NCBI GenBank assembly: GCA_964402995.1
Contig: CAYOEA010000009.1
Span: 4,974-68,973, forward strand
Length of the DNA: 64,000 bases
From: an uncultured Methanosarcinales archaeon
GTDB lineage: Archaea; Nanobdellota; Nanobdellia; Woesearchaeales; GCA-2686295
Direction: 5' to 3'
The position numbers and the translations under genes were made by a program. Shown here in pieces: positions 19,305 to 28,458 of this stretch (positions are counted from its first letter, which is position 1; each line of letters begins with the position of its first letter). Under the pieces are notes generated by a model that saw nothing but the letters and a program-made list of their open reading frames with translations, had not been told where the DNA came from and made no database searches.

Positions 19305-19724
19305 ATGGTCATACTATTCGATCAATTCAATCTTCCAGACAGCATTTACGAAATTATATTTGCTACATCACAACAAGTTATGGTTGCAAAGCTTCTTGTT
19401 GAACAGATGAAATTAAAAGAAGGTGAAATAGGAAAAACAGAAATGTCCATGTTTGCAACAGCACTTCATGATGGAACAATCTTAGAAGCTGAAAGTGAAA
19501 GCCAATTCGTAGGTAAAACTAAAGTCAAACTATCATATAACAAAAGACAATTTTACGATAGAATCCTAACTCCTATGAAAACAATGGGATTAATCGATTA
19601 CGATTTATACAAGAAAACTTACAAATTAAGCGAAAAATTCAACAAAAACATGATGAGAATCGGATTAACTTGGTTACAAGAACTTCGAAAACCACCAAGA
19701 CCATTCGTACTAAAAACAAAATGA
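19305..19724 (+). CDS. Hypothetical protein, possible winged-helix DNA-binding
   Basis: 139-aa ORF; C-terminal helix then GLIDYD...YKL resembles a wing. Confidence 0.6.
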   Translation: MVILFDQFNLPDSIYEIIFATSQQVMVAKLLVEQMKLKEGEIGKTEMSMFATALHDGTILEAESESQFVGKTKVKLSYNKRQFYDRILTPMKTMGLIDYDLYKKTYKLSEKFNKNMMRIGLTWLQELRKPPRPFVLKTK

Positions 19725-19742
19725 ACAAAAAATAACAATCAC

Positions 19743-19797
19743 GAGCTCCCTACAGCCTCTTCTCTAACCACCCTCCCCTCAATTCTGTTGGGAGCTC
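19743..19797. other. GC-rich stem-loop with a polypyrimidine loop
   Basis: GAGCTCCC-T-ACAG / CTGT-T-GGGAGCTC stem enclosing a 29-nt C/T-rich loop. Confidence 0.5.
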
Positions 19798-19929
19798 AAA
19801 ACCCCTTTTTTAACTGGCGATAAACAAACAACAAACACAACAAATTAATTCTCAAAATTAAATTAAAGAAAGTATTCTTAAAAAAATTAGAAAAGAATTA
19901 TAAATAGGTCAAATAATTTATTAATTAAA

Positions 19930-20373
19930 ATGGAAGAATATGTTAAACTAGCAAAAAAACTTAATCTGCCTTCTTTTGAAGAAATGAATTCTTATTTTCA
20001 AATAGCAGATATCGAGGATAAAAACATTCTACATGAAGTTGTTAAAAAAATTCATGACCAAACAACTCACTTCACTAATATGCTTGAAGAAATCATTAAC
20101 CCAGAACATCTTAGAAGTTTAAATGAAGCAGGAATGTTTTCTGAAGAAGATAAAAAAATTATTCTTAGACTATATAGAAAACTTCAACATACAAACAGAC
20201 AAAAAGATCTTTTAGAAGTTGAATTTGAAGAAGAAGCATATATAAATTTCATTAATAATTCTTTTAACGAATACAAACTAATTAAAGATGATCTTAAAGG
20301 AATCATAAAAAAACTAAGAGATTGTTGGAATAAAAATAAAAATACTAAATTAGAATTAGGATACTTTGGTTAA
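19930..20373 (+). CDS. Hypothetical protein
   Basis: 147-aa ORF ending LGYFG; no motif recognised. Confidence 0.65.
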   Translation: MEEYVKLAKKLNLPSFEEMNSYFQIADIEDKNILHEVVKKIHDQTTHFTNMLEEIINPEHLRSLNEAGMFSEEDKKIILRLYRKLQHTNRQKDLLEVEFEEEAYINFINNSFNEYKLIKDDLKGIIKKLRDCWNKNKNTKLELGYFG

Positions 20374-20438
20374 ATATAAACAAAACAAAAAAAACAATAA
20401 CAAAAAACAACTAACAAAAAACTTGGAGGAAAATAAAC

Positions 20439-21071
20439 ATGAATTTCATTATTTTCGGACCACAAGCATCTGGTAAAGGAACACAAGCAATTAGAATTGC
20501 AGAAAAGTTTGGACTTATACACATCTCAACTGGGAAAATTTTTAGAGCCAACATAGCTAACCAAACAGAAATTGGACTAAAAATAAAAGCAATCATTAAC
20601 AAAGGAGAATTAGTTCCTGACAGTTTAACAAATAAGATTGTTCAAAACAGATTAGAAGAAGAAGATTGTAAATCTGGATTTGTTCTTGATGGTTTTCCAA
20701 GAAATAGAAATCAAGCAGATTTTTTAGATACACTGCATCATAAATTCAAATCAGTTGTTGATTTAGAAGTTCCTAAGACTACCATTATTAATAGAATTTC
20801 AACTAGAAGAGTTTGTATTAATTGTAAACAAAACTATAACACAATCTCATTAAAACCAAAAGTTGAAGGTATCTGCGATAAATGTGACGGAGAACTTATT
20901 CAAAGAAATGATGATCAGCCAGAAGCAATTGAAAACAGACTTAAAATCTATGAAGAACAAACTAAGCCATTATTAGATTTTTACGAAAAAAAAGGAATTC
21001 TACTTCCAATCGATGGAGATCAAGGAATTGATGAAGTCTTTGAAGAAATTATTAAGAAATTAGAATCTTAA
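20439..21071 (+). CDS. adk: Adenylate kinase (bacterial type, Zn-binding LID)
   Basis: GPQASGKGTQ, HISTG, GELVPD, LDGFPR, CxxC...CxxC LID, RNDD. Confidence 0.97.
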   Translation: MNFIIFGPQASGKGTQAIRIAEKFGLIHISTGKIFRANIANQTEIGLKIKAIINKGELVPDSLTNKIVQNRLEEEDCKSGFVLDGFPRNRNQADFLDTLHHKFKSVVDLEVPKTTIINRISTRRVCINCKQNYNTISLKPKVEGICDKCDGELIQRNDDQPEAIENRLKIYEEQTKPLLDFYEKKGILLPIDGDQGIDEVFEEIIKKLES

Positions 21072-22005
21072 TAACATTAGTCGCATAAGATCCTTTTGGT
21101 AAATTAAAAGTGAATTTTATTTTTTTCTTTTCTTTATTTAAGTCATCGTCTTCAAGCAAACTAACAGATAAATCTTTAATATTTACATATAGTTTTCTCA
21201 TATCACCTTCACAACTTAAATCAGGTAAAGCTTGAATAATAAAATCTCTTTGAACAATTTTATCCTTACCTAAAATTTCATCAACAATTGATTCAATCTT
21301 CTCATCTTCAAATTCAGTTCCAAAACCAACTAAAGGAACATCATAATTCACTTCAGAATCAAGCAAGGCAATAGTTTCATTAAACACTTTACTTTGATAT
21401 GAATGAATAAACAATAAAAGTATTTTTCTTGGAACTTTTCTTAAAGCACCAACATAATCATTAATTTTATCTTTCAAATAAGTTTTAACTTTTTCTTCAT
21501 ACCAACCATCAGATTCCAGTATTAATTCAACTGCTTTCTTAAAGTCCTTTCGTAGCATTGCAAGACCAATCGCCACATTATTATTTGAGAATCTTTGTTT
21601 ATCATAAGAGTTCTTTACTCGTTTATTTAAATTTACAACAACTGACGAATCTAAATCACGAACCACTATTTCAAATGAATTCGAAGCTAAATCACCAAGA
21701 TTCATTGGCCGCCCACACATCCCAATAAATTCTAATTCAATGTCTTTTAATTTAAGAGATTTAACTCGTTCTTTTGAAACATCACTTATTGAAATATGCT
21801 GATAAGTAATAGCTACTTTATCTTTAATTCCCGCATAACCTATTTGTTTTCTATCAACATGAAGATGATCTGCAATAGCTTGAATAGCACGCTCAGTAGT
21901 ATAACTAGTTTTCTTCATTAAATAAATCGCATGTCTTCCGCCACCAATATTAACACCTATATTCTCTCGAACAATAAAATCTTCAGGTATTTGTTTTAGT
22001 TTCAT
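21052..22005 (-). CDS. truD: tRNA pseudouridine(13) synthase TruD
   Basis: PEDFIVRE, YAGIKDKVAITYQ, QRFS, FNLPKGSYAT. Confidence 0.93.
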   Translation of the reverse strand: MKLKQIPEDFIVRENIGVNIGGGRHAIYLMKKTSYTTERAIQAIADHLHVDRKQIGYAGIKDKVAITYQHISISDVSKERVKSLKLKDIELEFIGMCGRPMNLGDLASNSFEIVVRDLDSSVVVNLNKRVKNSYDKQRFSNNNVAIGLAMLRKDFKKAVELILESDGWYEEKVKTYLKDKINDYVGALRKVPRKILLLFIHSYQSKVFNETIALLDSEVNYDVPLVGFGTEFEDEKIESIVDEILGKDKIVQRDFIIQALPDLSCEGDMRKLYVNIKDLSVSLLEDDDLNKEKKKIKFTFNLPKGSYATNVIKILIS

Positions 22006-22052
22006 AAACTATTAGAAGAAGAAGCTGATTTTAATACTTTATTAAAAGAGAA

Positions 22053-22088
22053 AAACAAACAAACAAACAAACAAAGAAAGAAAGAAAG
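22053..22088. repeat. Compound microsatellite (AAAC)5(AAAG)4
   Basis: Read directly from the sequence, intergenic. Confidence 0.85.
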
Positions 22089-22130
22089 AAAAAAAGAAAG
22101 ATCAAAAAAAACTTTAATTAAATAACTAAT

Positions 22131-24617
22131 CTAACCATTAATTTTATATCTTCCATGTTTTTTTAAAATTTTATCAGGTACTGTAAAATTAAACATATTC
22201 CAACAATTCAATAATTCTTCAGGATTGCCTATTTCATGTAACTTTATACTAGGAATTAATCTATCATAAGCTTTGTAAAGATTTAGAGGTCTACCACCAT
22301 TTAAGCTCATATTATTCAATAACATTCCTAAAGCACGACTTGTTTCAGCAAGGGATATATTTCCGGGAATAATTCCTAAAAATGCTTCTTGATTATTATC
22401 AAGTCTTCTAAATCCTTTTTGCGAATTCATTATATGATATATTCTTTCTGAATCAAAATATGCGAGTGATTTTAAATATTTATTTTCAGTAAATTCATAA
22501 GTCAAAACTCTATTATTATTTCCCTTATCAATATAAATTCCTAACATTTCATTTACAGATTTATCATAAAATTCAGACAGAACAATGATAGATGAAACAA
22601 TTTTGTTAGCATGAATTATTCTTGGTTCCAATCCTCCAAATGAATTAGTATGATAAGCTCCTTTTTTAGATGGATTTGAAGTTATTGGTGAGACTTTCGG
22701 ATGAAGATGATTAACTATTGATTTATCTTCACTTATCATAGTTGACGAATTATCTTGATTAAGTTTTGCTTTCATTTCTTTTTTCGAGAAAACTTTCACC
22801 CCAAAAGACTCTAAATATTTGTCATTTGTTACTCTCGTAACTTTTGGTTTTAAACCTGCAAAATGATCATTTATTGTTGAAACTATATTAACAAATCTTG
22901 AATTAGAATATATAGATAAAGAATTAAGTCCTTTTGACAATTTTAGAACTTCAGCTGAGAAATTTATTGGTTCTAAAAGTAGAAAATTCTCATCATTAAA
23001 ATCAATTCGATTAAATTCTCCATTAACATTTTCTTCTATTGAGAAAATTTTTGTTTTTTCAAAATATTTTTTATGAGTTCCTTTATAATGTATTTTTAGT
23101 TTTCCAGCCTGATCTTTTTGTATAACTAATAAACCGTTTTGTAAATTTTTTGAGGTGGCAGAACTTTGAAAACTAACTACTACTTCATCACTAGTTGCTA
23201 AAGGATATTTTATCCAATCATATTCAAGCCCTGTTTCTTGAACTAATAATTCAATTGTATTATCAATTAATTCATGATCTATTTCAGTATTAAAAATAAA
23301 AGGTAAACAATTTATCTTCTGTAATTGTTTATTTACAAACGAATAATCTTTTAATCCGAAAAAACCTAAAGTTCTTTCCCTGGTTGAAGCTACAGCTTTA
23401 GAAATAGAAGTTTCATTTAAATAATCATAAATGATTTCATGCAGAGGAAACATTCTTGGAATATTATCTGCAAGCATTCTAATTGTAATGGGAATAGAGA
23501 TAGGTTTCTCAACAGACATATTTTCTATTGGACTAATACCATTGAATAAAATATCATTTTGATCAAATCTTACTAGAACATCATTTTTATATGTACTTGA
23601 TAAAATTACTTGTTCTACGCCTACTTTATCTTTATATTCACCTTTATAACTCTGTTCAATTCTTAATCCATTTGAATCTAAAGACTTGAAAGCTAAAACT
23701 CCAACTAATTTATTTTTTGGTCCTCTTTTAGAATTAATATTATCATTTCTAGATTTAAAAAATTTTGCAACACCAGATTGATACCCTGAAGAAAAATACT
23801 TAATAGTATCAAATGCTAATTCTGATTCAGTTATGAATTTTGTTATTACTTCTTTAACTTTATCAACATTTACAGTAATATCAGTTATCTCAAAATCTAA
23901 TGATTTATCTTTTAACATGATTTGATCCAGCTTACGACTTTGTTTATTAGCATATGAAAAATCTATGGTTTCTTTCTTTTGTTGTAATTCTGCAGCGCCT
24001 TTTTCATAAAGTTCTAAAAAATCAATTTTTTTTGTTGAGGTATTCTCCTTAGCTCCAACTATTTCATCTGAAATTGATGAACCTTCATTATCTGAAGCAA
24101 ATTCAAAATTCATTTTTGAAGGTATAATTCTTGAACGATTTCTCTTTGTATTCTTTACAGTTTGTGCAACATCTTTTACAGTTAAGTTTTCTGGTTCATC
24201 AGATTCTTCATTTTGTATAGACTTTAATGGTTTAAAATATGCTCCAAGACCTAAACTTTTTGATTCAGATTCATTTAATTTAACATATTTCGTATTTGAT
24301 TCATCCCACATAAAATTAAATAGTTTCTTTTCTGGTTGGTTTTCTTTTACTAATCCTCTGTAAGAAATAAATTCTAAGAAATCAAATTCATCAAACTTCA
24401 AAACAGAAGTTCCAATTACATTATTATTTGCAACGAAGGTTAAATAATATATTTGATCTTCAATTTCGGGAGAATATAATTTAGATTTAATATCTTCATT
24501 AAAGCCAATACTATTTTTTAATTCATTTATTACTAAGACCAATTCATCAATTTTTGGATGAAATGATGGTTCAAGATGACTATTATTCAATCTTGTTATA
24601 AGGTCTTTACTTTGCAT
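22131..24617 (-). CDS. Large hypothetical protein
   Basis: 828-aa open frame just downstream of tRNA-Arg; no motif recognised. Confidence 0.65.
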   Translation of the reverse strand: MQSKDLITRLNNSHLEPSFHPKIDELVLVINELKNSIGFNEDIKSKLYSPEIEDQIYYLTFVANNNVIGTSVLKFDEFDFLEFISYRGLVKENQPEKKLFNFMWDESNTKYVKLNESESKSLGLGAYFKPLKSIQNEESDEPENLTVKDVAQTVKNTKRNRSRIIPSKMNFEFASDNEGSSISDEIVGAKENTSTKKIDFLELYEKGAAELQQKKETIDFSYANKQSRKLDQIMLKDKSLDFEITDITVNVDKVKEVITKFITESELAFDTIKYFSSGYQSGVAKFFKSRNDNINSKRGPKNKLVGVLAFKSLDSNGLRIEQSYKGEYKDKVGVEQVILSSTYKNDVLVRFDQNDILFNGISPIENMSVEKPISIPITIRMLADNIPRMFPLHEIIYDYLNETSISKAVASTRERTLGFFGLKDYSFVNKQLQKINCLPFIFNTEIDHELIDNTIELLVQETGLEYDWIKYPLATSDEVVVSFQSSATSKNLQNGLLVIQKDQAGKLKIHYKGTHKKYFEKTKIFSIEENVNGEFNRIDFNDENFLLLEPINFSAEVLKLSKGLNSLSIYSNSRFVNIVSTINDHFAGLKPKVTRVTNDKYLESFGVKVFSKKEMKAKLNQDNSSTMISEDKSIVNHLHPKVSPITSNPSKKGAYHTNSFGGLEPRIIHANKIVSSIIVLSEFYDKSVNEMLGIYIDKGNNNRVLTYEFTENKYLKSLAYFDSERIYHIMNSQKGFRRLDNNQEAFLGIIPGNISLAETSRALGMLLNNMSLNGGRPLNLYKAYDRLIPSIKLHEIGNPEELLNCWNMFNFTVPDKILKKHGRYKING

Positions 24618-24685
24618 TTTAACTTTCTTAAACTAAAGAGGTATTTAAACCTTACCTAACAATTACTATTTGAGAGTAGAAAATA

Positions 24686-24918
24686 CGAACCCAGGGGGAC
24701 TTTCATAACGAATCCACATAGTTTTCCACTAAGTAAGATTTCGCAAAGCGAATATCTTACCGACGCTAGCCGTCAACGAGTATTCATTGTTTTGAACCCC
24801 CGATCTACAGCTTACTTCTAAAATAGCAAAATAAATGCTAAATTTATAGGAGGCTGTCGCCTTATTTGCCCAAAAAAACTGCTAAAACAGTTTTGTTACC
24901 AGACTAGGCTATAGGTTC
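24686..24918 (-). tRNA. tRNA-Arg(CCT) with three introns: 24866-24898 (19/20), 24813-24846 (37/38), 24700-24790 (59/60)
   Basis: Exons join to GAACCTA TA GCCT AGTCTGGATA AGGC G ACAGC CTCCTAA GCTGT AGATC GGGGG TTCAAAT CCCCC TGGGTTC G (75 nt), with A20 and G73; BHB-like motif at each junction. Confidence 0.9.
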
Positions 24919-24998
24919 GCACAAAGAAATAGATTAGCATCTTCTTTTTAAACTTTTTTTAAACAAAGATTTATATAGCTAAAATAAATATTTATCAC

Positions 24999-26003
24999 AT
25001 GAAGAAAAAGTGGATTGTCTTAGGATCAATCTTAGCAGGAATTGCTGCACTTTGGATTATTCTTAAACAAATTCCATTTAAAGAAATAATAAACTTATTC
25101 TCCAATTCTTCACCATTAATAATTTTAGGATACATTGGAATCTCAGTATTAATTATGTTATTCTTAGCTTTAAGATGGAAAATTATTCTTAAAAGTAAAG
25201 GTTACAACGTTTCATTATTCAAACTATTTTCTTATCGTATTGCAGGCTACGGTGTTAGTTATTTAACTCCAGCTGCAAAACTCGGAGGAGAACCTGTTAG
25301 AGCAGGATTATTATCTAGAGATGGAATATCATTCTCAGAAGGATTATCTACAATTATAATTGATAAAACTATCGAAATTGCAACTAATGCACTTTTCTTT
25401 TTCATCGGAGTAATGATTGTATTATTCTCATTTGCAGTTCCTGGTCAAGCGGAAATTATGATGTTATTATTCGCACTAATTTTCTTAGGATTAATGTTAT
25501 TTATTTATCATAGACTTGTTTCAGGAAAAGGTTTTATTAAGAGTCTTGCTAATAAATTCAAACTTTCAACAACCAAGGTTTATAAAAAAAATAAAGTGAA
25601 AATATTAGAGTTTGAGAGCGCAATAATCAAATTTTTTAAACATGATAAAAAAGATTTCTACTTAAGTTGTGTAGCATCATTCTTTTCATGGGTTTGTATG
25701 TTTGTAGAGTATAAATTCGCAGGTTTAATTCTCGGTTTTGATTTCACATTTGTTCAAATATTTTTAATTGTAAGTTTTATTGGTGTTGCAATGATGATCC
25801 CAATACCAATGGGTCTTGGGTCAATGGAATTATCTCAAGTAACAGTATTCGCACTTTTCAAAATGGGCCAAACAGGCGGAGTTGCACTTGCATTCCTTGT
25901 TAGAGCAAGAGATTTATTGTGGAGTGTTGTCGGACTTATAATTCTTAGCTTCTATGGATTAAATCCTAGAAAGTTTATTGAGAAAGAATACGAAAATAAC
26001 TAA
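24999..26003 (+). CDS. Flippase-like membrane protein (lysylphosphatidylglycerol synthase TM / UPF0104)
   Basis: RWKIIL, SYLTP.AKLGGEPVRA, IPIPMGLGSME; multiple TM helices. Confidence 0.88.
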   Translation: MKKKWIVLGSILAGIAALWIILKQIPFKEIINLFSNSSPLIILGYIGISVLIMLFLALRWKIILKSKGYNVSLFKLFSYRIAGYGVSYLTPAAKLGGEPVRAGLLSRDGISFSEGLSTIIIDKTIEIATNALFFFIGVMIVLFSFAVPGQAEIMMLLFALIFLGLMLFIYHRLVSGKGFIKSLANKFKLSTTKVYKKNKVKILEFESAIIKFFKHDKKDFYLSCVASFFSWVCMFVEYKFAGLILGFDFTFVQIFLIVSFIGVAMMIPIPMGLGSMELSQVTVFALFKMGQTGGVALAFLVRARDLLWSVVGLIILSFYGLNPRKFIEKEYENN

Positions 26004-26009
26004 ATACTA

Positions 26010-26552
26010 TCAAATTTTTTCTTTATTTATTTTTAAAAGATATCCTGTATAATGTGTTGCCAAGTGTAATATTGGAGTAAATAACAATAATGCTATAATG
26101 TATTTAAATTCTAAGAGATAAATTATTGAACTTAATAGTAATGCAACCACTGTAAAGTCCAATTGATCAAATGGAATCCATGGTTTTCCTGAAGGAATTC
26201 CTATTTGTCTTTTAAGAAATGATTCTATTAAATCTCCAAAGATTGCTCCAAAACCAAGTATAAATCCAAGCCAAATAGTCATCTGAGTATAATCAAATAA
26301 ACTTATCTTAGCAAACCAAGCAAATTGATATAACCATCTTTGTAATAGAAAACTTAAAACTCCAATTAAACTTGCAAAAAACAATCCACGAAAAGTTTTA
26401 TTCTTACCAAATATTCTTTTTCCACGAAAAGTCTTACCCATATCTACTGCTTGATTTAAGAAAGGAATTTTTTTAACTAAAGTTGGAGCTACATTTCCAA
26501 AATATGCAGGTACAAAAAAATACAATGCTTGAATTAATATATCAAATATCAT
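26010..26552 (-). CDS. carS: CDP-archaeol synthase (CarS/DUF46)
   Basis: PAYFGNVAP, DMGK...RIFGKNKTFRG, GDLIESFLKRQ.G...G.P..PFDQLDF. Confidence 0.92.
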   Translation of the reverse strand: MIFDILIQALYFFVPAYFGNVAPTLVKKIPFLNQAVDMGKTFRGKRIFGKNKTFRGLFFASLIGVLSFLLQRWLYQFAWFAKISLFDYTQMTIWLGFILGFGAIFGDLIESFLKRQIGIPSGKPWIPFDQLDFTVVALLLSSIIYLLEFKYIIALLLFTPILHLATHYTGYLLKINKEKI

Positions 26553-27041
26553 TTAGATCTTTTTAAATCTTAAAGTGCTTATCATCATGAAAGTAGACAC
26601 TAATAATACAGCATAATAAATGTTCAAAGTTGCACTTGCAAAGAAAAGTATTGGAAAAATAAATCCATTTATAGTTATTGGCATGCCAACAAATCCTTTT
26701 ATTTCTTTTCTTATTGAATTAAATCTTGCAAGTCTATAAGCTCCAGACATCACAAATAATATTCCTAAAATCATTATTAAAATTTGAGGAAATTGATTGT
26801 AAACTAATATTGCAGGCGCTACACCAAAAGAAACTAAGTCTGATAAAGAATCTAATTCCGCACCTATATCAGATTCAACAGACAACATACGTGCAACTCT
26901 TCCATCTATAAAATCAAAGAATACAGCTATTAAAATCATTATTGCAGATTCTACAAACATACCTAAAGTTGAAAGGTATATCGAAGTCATTCCGGATGCT
27001 AAATTTAACAAGGTAACAATATTTGCAATATGTTTCTTCAT
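26553..27041 (-). CDS. pssA: Archaetidylserine/phosphatidylserine synthase
   Basis: DFIDGRVAR...S..GAELDSLSDLVSFG, RLARFN, FVGMP. Confidence 0.93.
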   Translation of the reverse strand: MKKHIANIVTLLNLASGMTSIYLSTLGMFVESAIMILIAVFFDFIDGRVARMLSVESDIGAELDSLSDLVSFGVAPAILVYNQFPQILIMILGILFVMSGAYRLARFNSIRKEIKGFVGMPITINGFIFPILFFASATLNIYYAVLLVSTFMMISTLRFKKI

Positions 27042-27116
27042 ATAACTAAAACATGGTTAGTAATATAAAAATGTTTAGAAAAATAAAGACAAAAAGAATA
27101 AAAGAAAAGAAAATAT

Positions 27117-27629
27117 TTATTCAGTAGAACTTGATTGAAAAACTCGTTTTCCAAGTTCTCTATTATATAAGAATAAAGCACTTTTGTCCTCGTGAATCAT
27201 CTCTAAATTTTTAACAACTTCTTCAGATGATGCTTCTTCTTCTACTTGTTCATCAACAAACCATTTTAGAAAACTTTCAGTTGCATGGTCATTTTCTTCT
27301 CTTGATAAATTAACTAAATTATTTATTTTCTTAGTTATGAGTGTTTCATGTAAGAATGCTGCTTTAAATGCTGAAAGTGGTGTTTCCCAATTAGATTTTG
27401 GTTTTGCAATTTGTTCAAGTAAAACTTTCCCCCCTCTTTGAACTATGTAATCATAAAATTTCATTGCGTGAAATTGTTCTTCTTGAAACTGCACTCTCAT
27501 CCAACTTGCAAAGCCAGTATAATTTTTATCTTCAAAATCCGCTGCCATTGATAAATACAAATATGATGAAAATAATTCTTCATTTAATTGTTTGTTTAAT
27601 GCTTGTTCTAATTTTTCTGATATAGCCAT
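27117..27629 (-). CDS. ftnA: Non-heme ferritin
   Basis: QLNEELFSSYLYLSM, QEEQFHAMK, FLKWFVDEQVEEE. Confidence 0.95.
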   Translation of the reverse strand: MAISEKLEQALNKQLNEELFSSYLYLSMAADFEDKNYTGFASWMRVQFQEEQFHAMKFYDYIVQRGGKVLLEQIAKPKSNWETPLSAFKAAFLHETLITKKINNLVNLSREENDHATESFLKWFVDEQVEEEASSEEVVKNLEMIHEDKSALFLYNRELGKRVFQSSSTE

Positions 27630-27705
27630 TTTATTCTAATACCTCAAATATTCTTAAAATTAGTACAGAATTAATGTTTATAAATCATTTGGAGTATTGT
27701 AAGAA

Positions 27706-28323
27706 TTACTTAATTTTTGCAATAATACTTTTTCCTGCAAATACTTGTTCGCCTTCTTTAATTTGCAAAATAATATTTTTTGGTAAAATCATTGTTACTT
27801 GACTTCCAAATTTAATCATCCCCACTCTTTGCCCTTTCTCTATTTTTTGGTTCTCTGTAACAAATGGAACAATTCTTCGAGCAAATTTTCCTGCAATCTG
27901 AATAATTTTTACTTTCAAATTTCCTTTTTGAATTAAAATTTGTACATTTTCATTCTCATAAGTTGAACAAGTACTTCTTGCGTGAAAAAATTTTCCTTTA
28001 CTTGGTATAACAGATTTCACAATGCCTGCAATAGGAGCTCTATTCACATGCACATCATACATACTCATAAAAATAGATATCATATATCCTTCTTTTGCTA
28101 CATCCTTAGTAAAAGTCCTTACAATTCCAAATAAACCTTTTCTAACATCAAGCTTATTATCCTTATATTCTTTAATTGCAACAACCTCTCCATCAGCAGG
28201 AGAAACAATATTATTTCCTTTAGGTATTTCTCTCTCCGGATCTCTTAAAAACCATACTTGGTAATATAGCAAAAATCCAAGTACGAGTACTGCAATTAAA
28301 ATTAAGATAACAATTAGTATCAT
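27706..28323 (-). CDS. psd: Phosphatidylserine/archaetidylserine decarboxylase proenzyme
   Basis: FLRDPER, SPADG, IFMSMYDVHVNRAPI, NENV, QIAG..ARRI, self-cleavage motif KFGS. Confidence 0.95.
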   Translation of the reverse strand: MILIVILILIAVLVLGFLLYYQVWFLRDPEREIPKGNNIVSPADGEVVAIKEYKDNKLDVRKGLFGIVRTFTKDVAKEGYMISIFMSMYDVHVNRAPIAGIVKSVIPSKGKFFHARSTCSTYENENVQILIQKGNLKVKIIQIAGKFARRIVPFVTENQKIEKGQRVGMIKFGSQVTMILPKNIILQIKEGEQVFAGKSIIAKIK

Positions 28324-28458
28324 TTTTGTAAAAAAAACGTTAATTCTTATAAAAAGTTAATTGATTTACATGAGAAAAAGAATAAACTCACCTTAAAACT
28401 TAAAAAAAAGAGCAAAAAAATAATTAAAAAAATTAAAAGAAAAAAAAGATTAATTATA

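Noticed and set aside
22053-22088. Microsatellite as a functional element
   Set aside because: Lies in an A-rich intergenic tract (T-rich terminator on the minus strand); similar low-complexity tracts follow many genes here.
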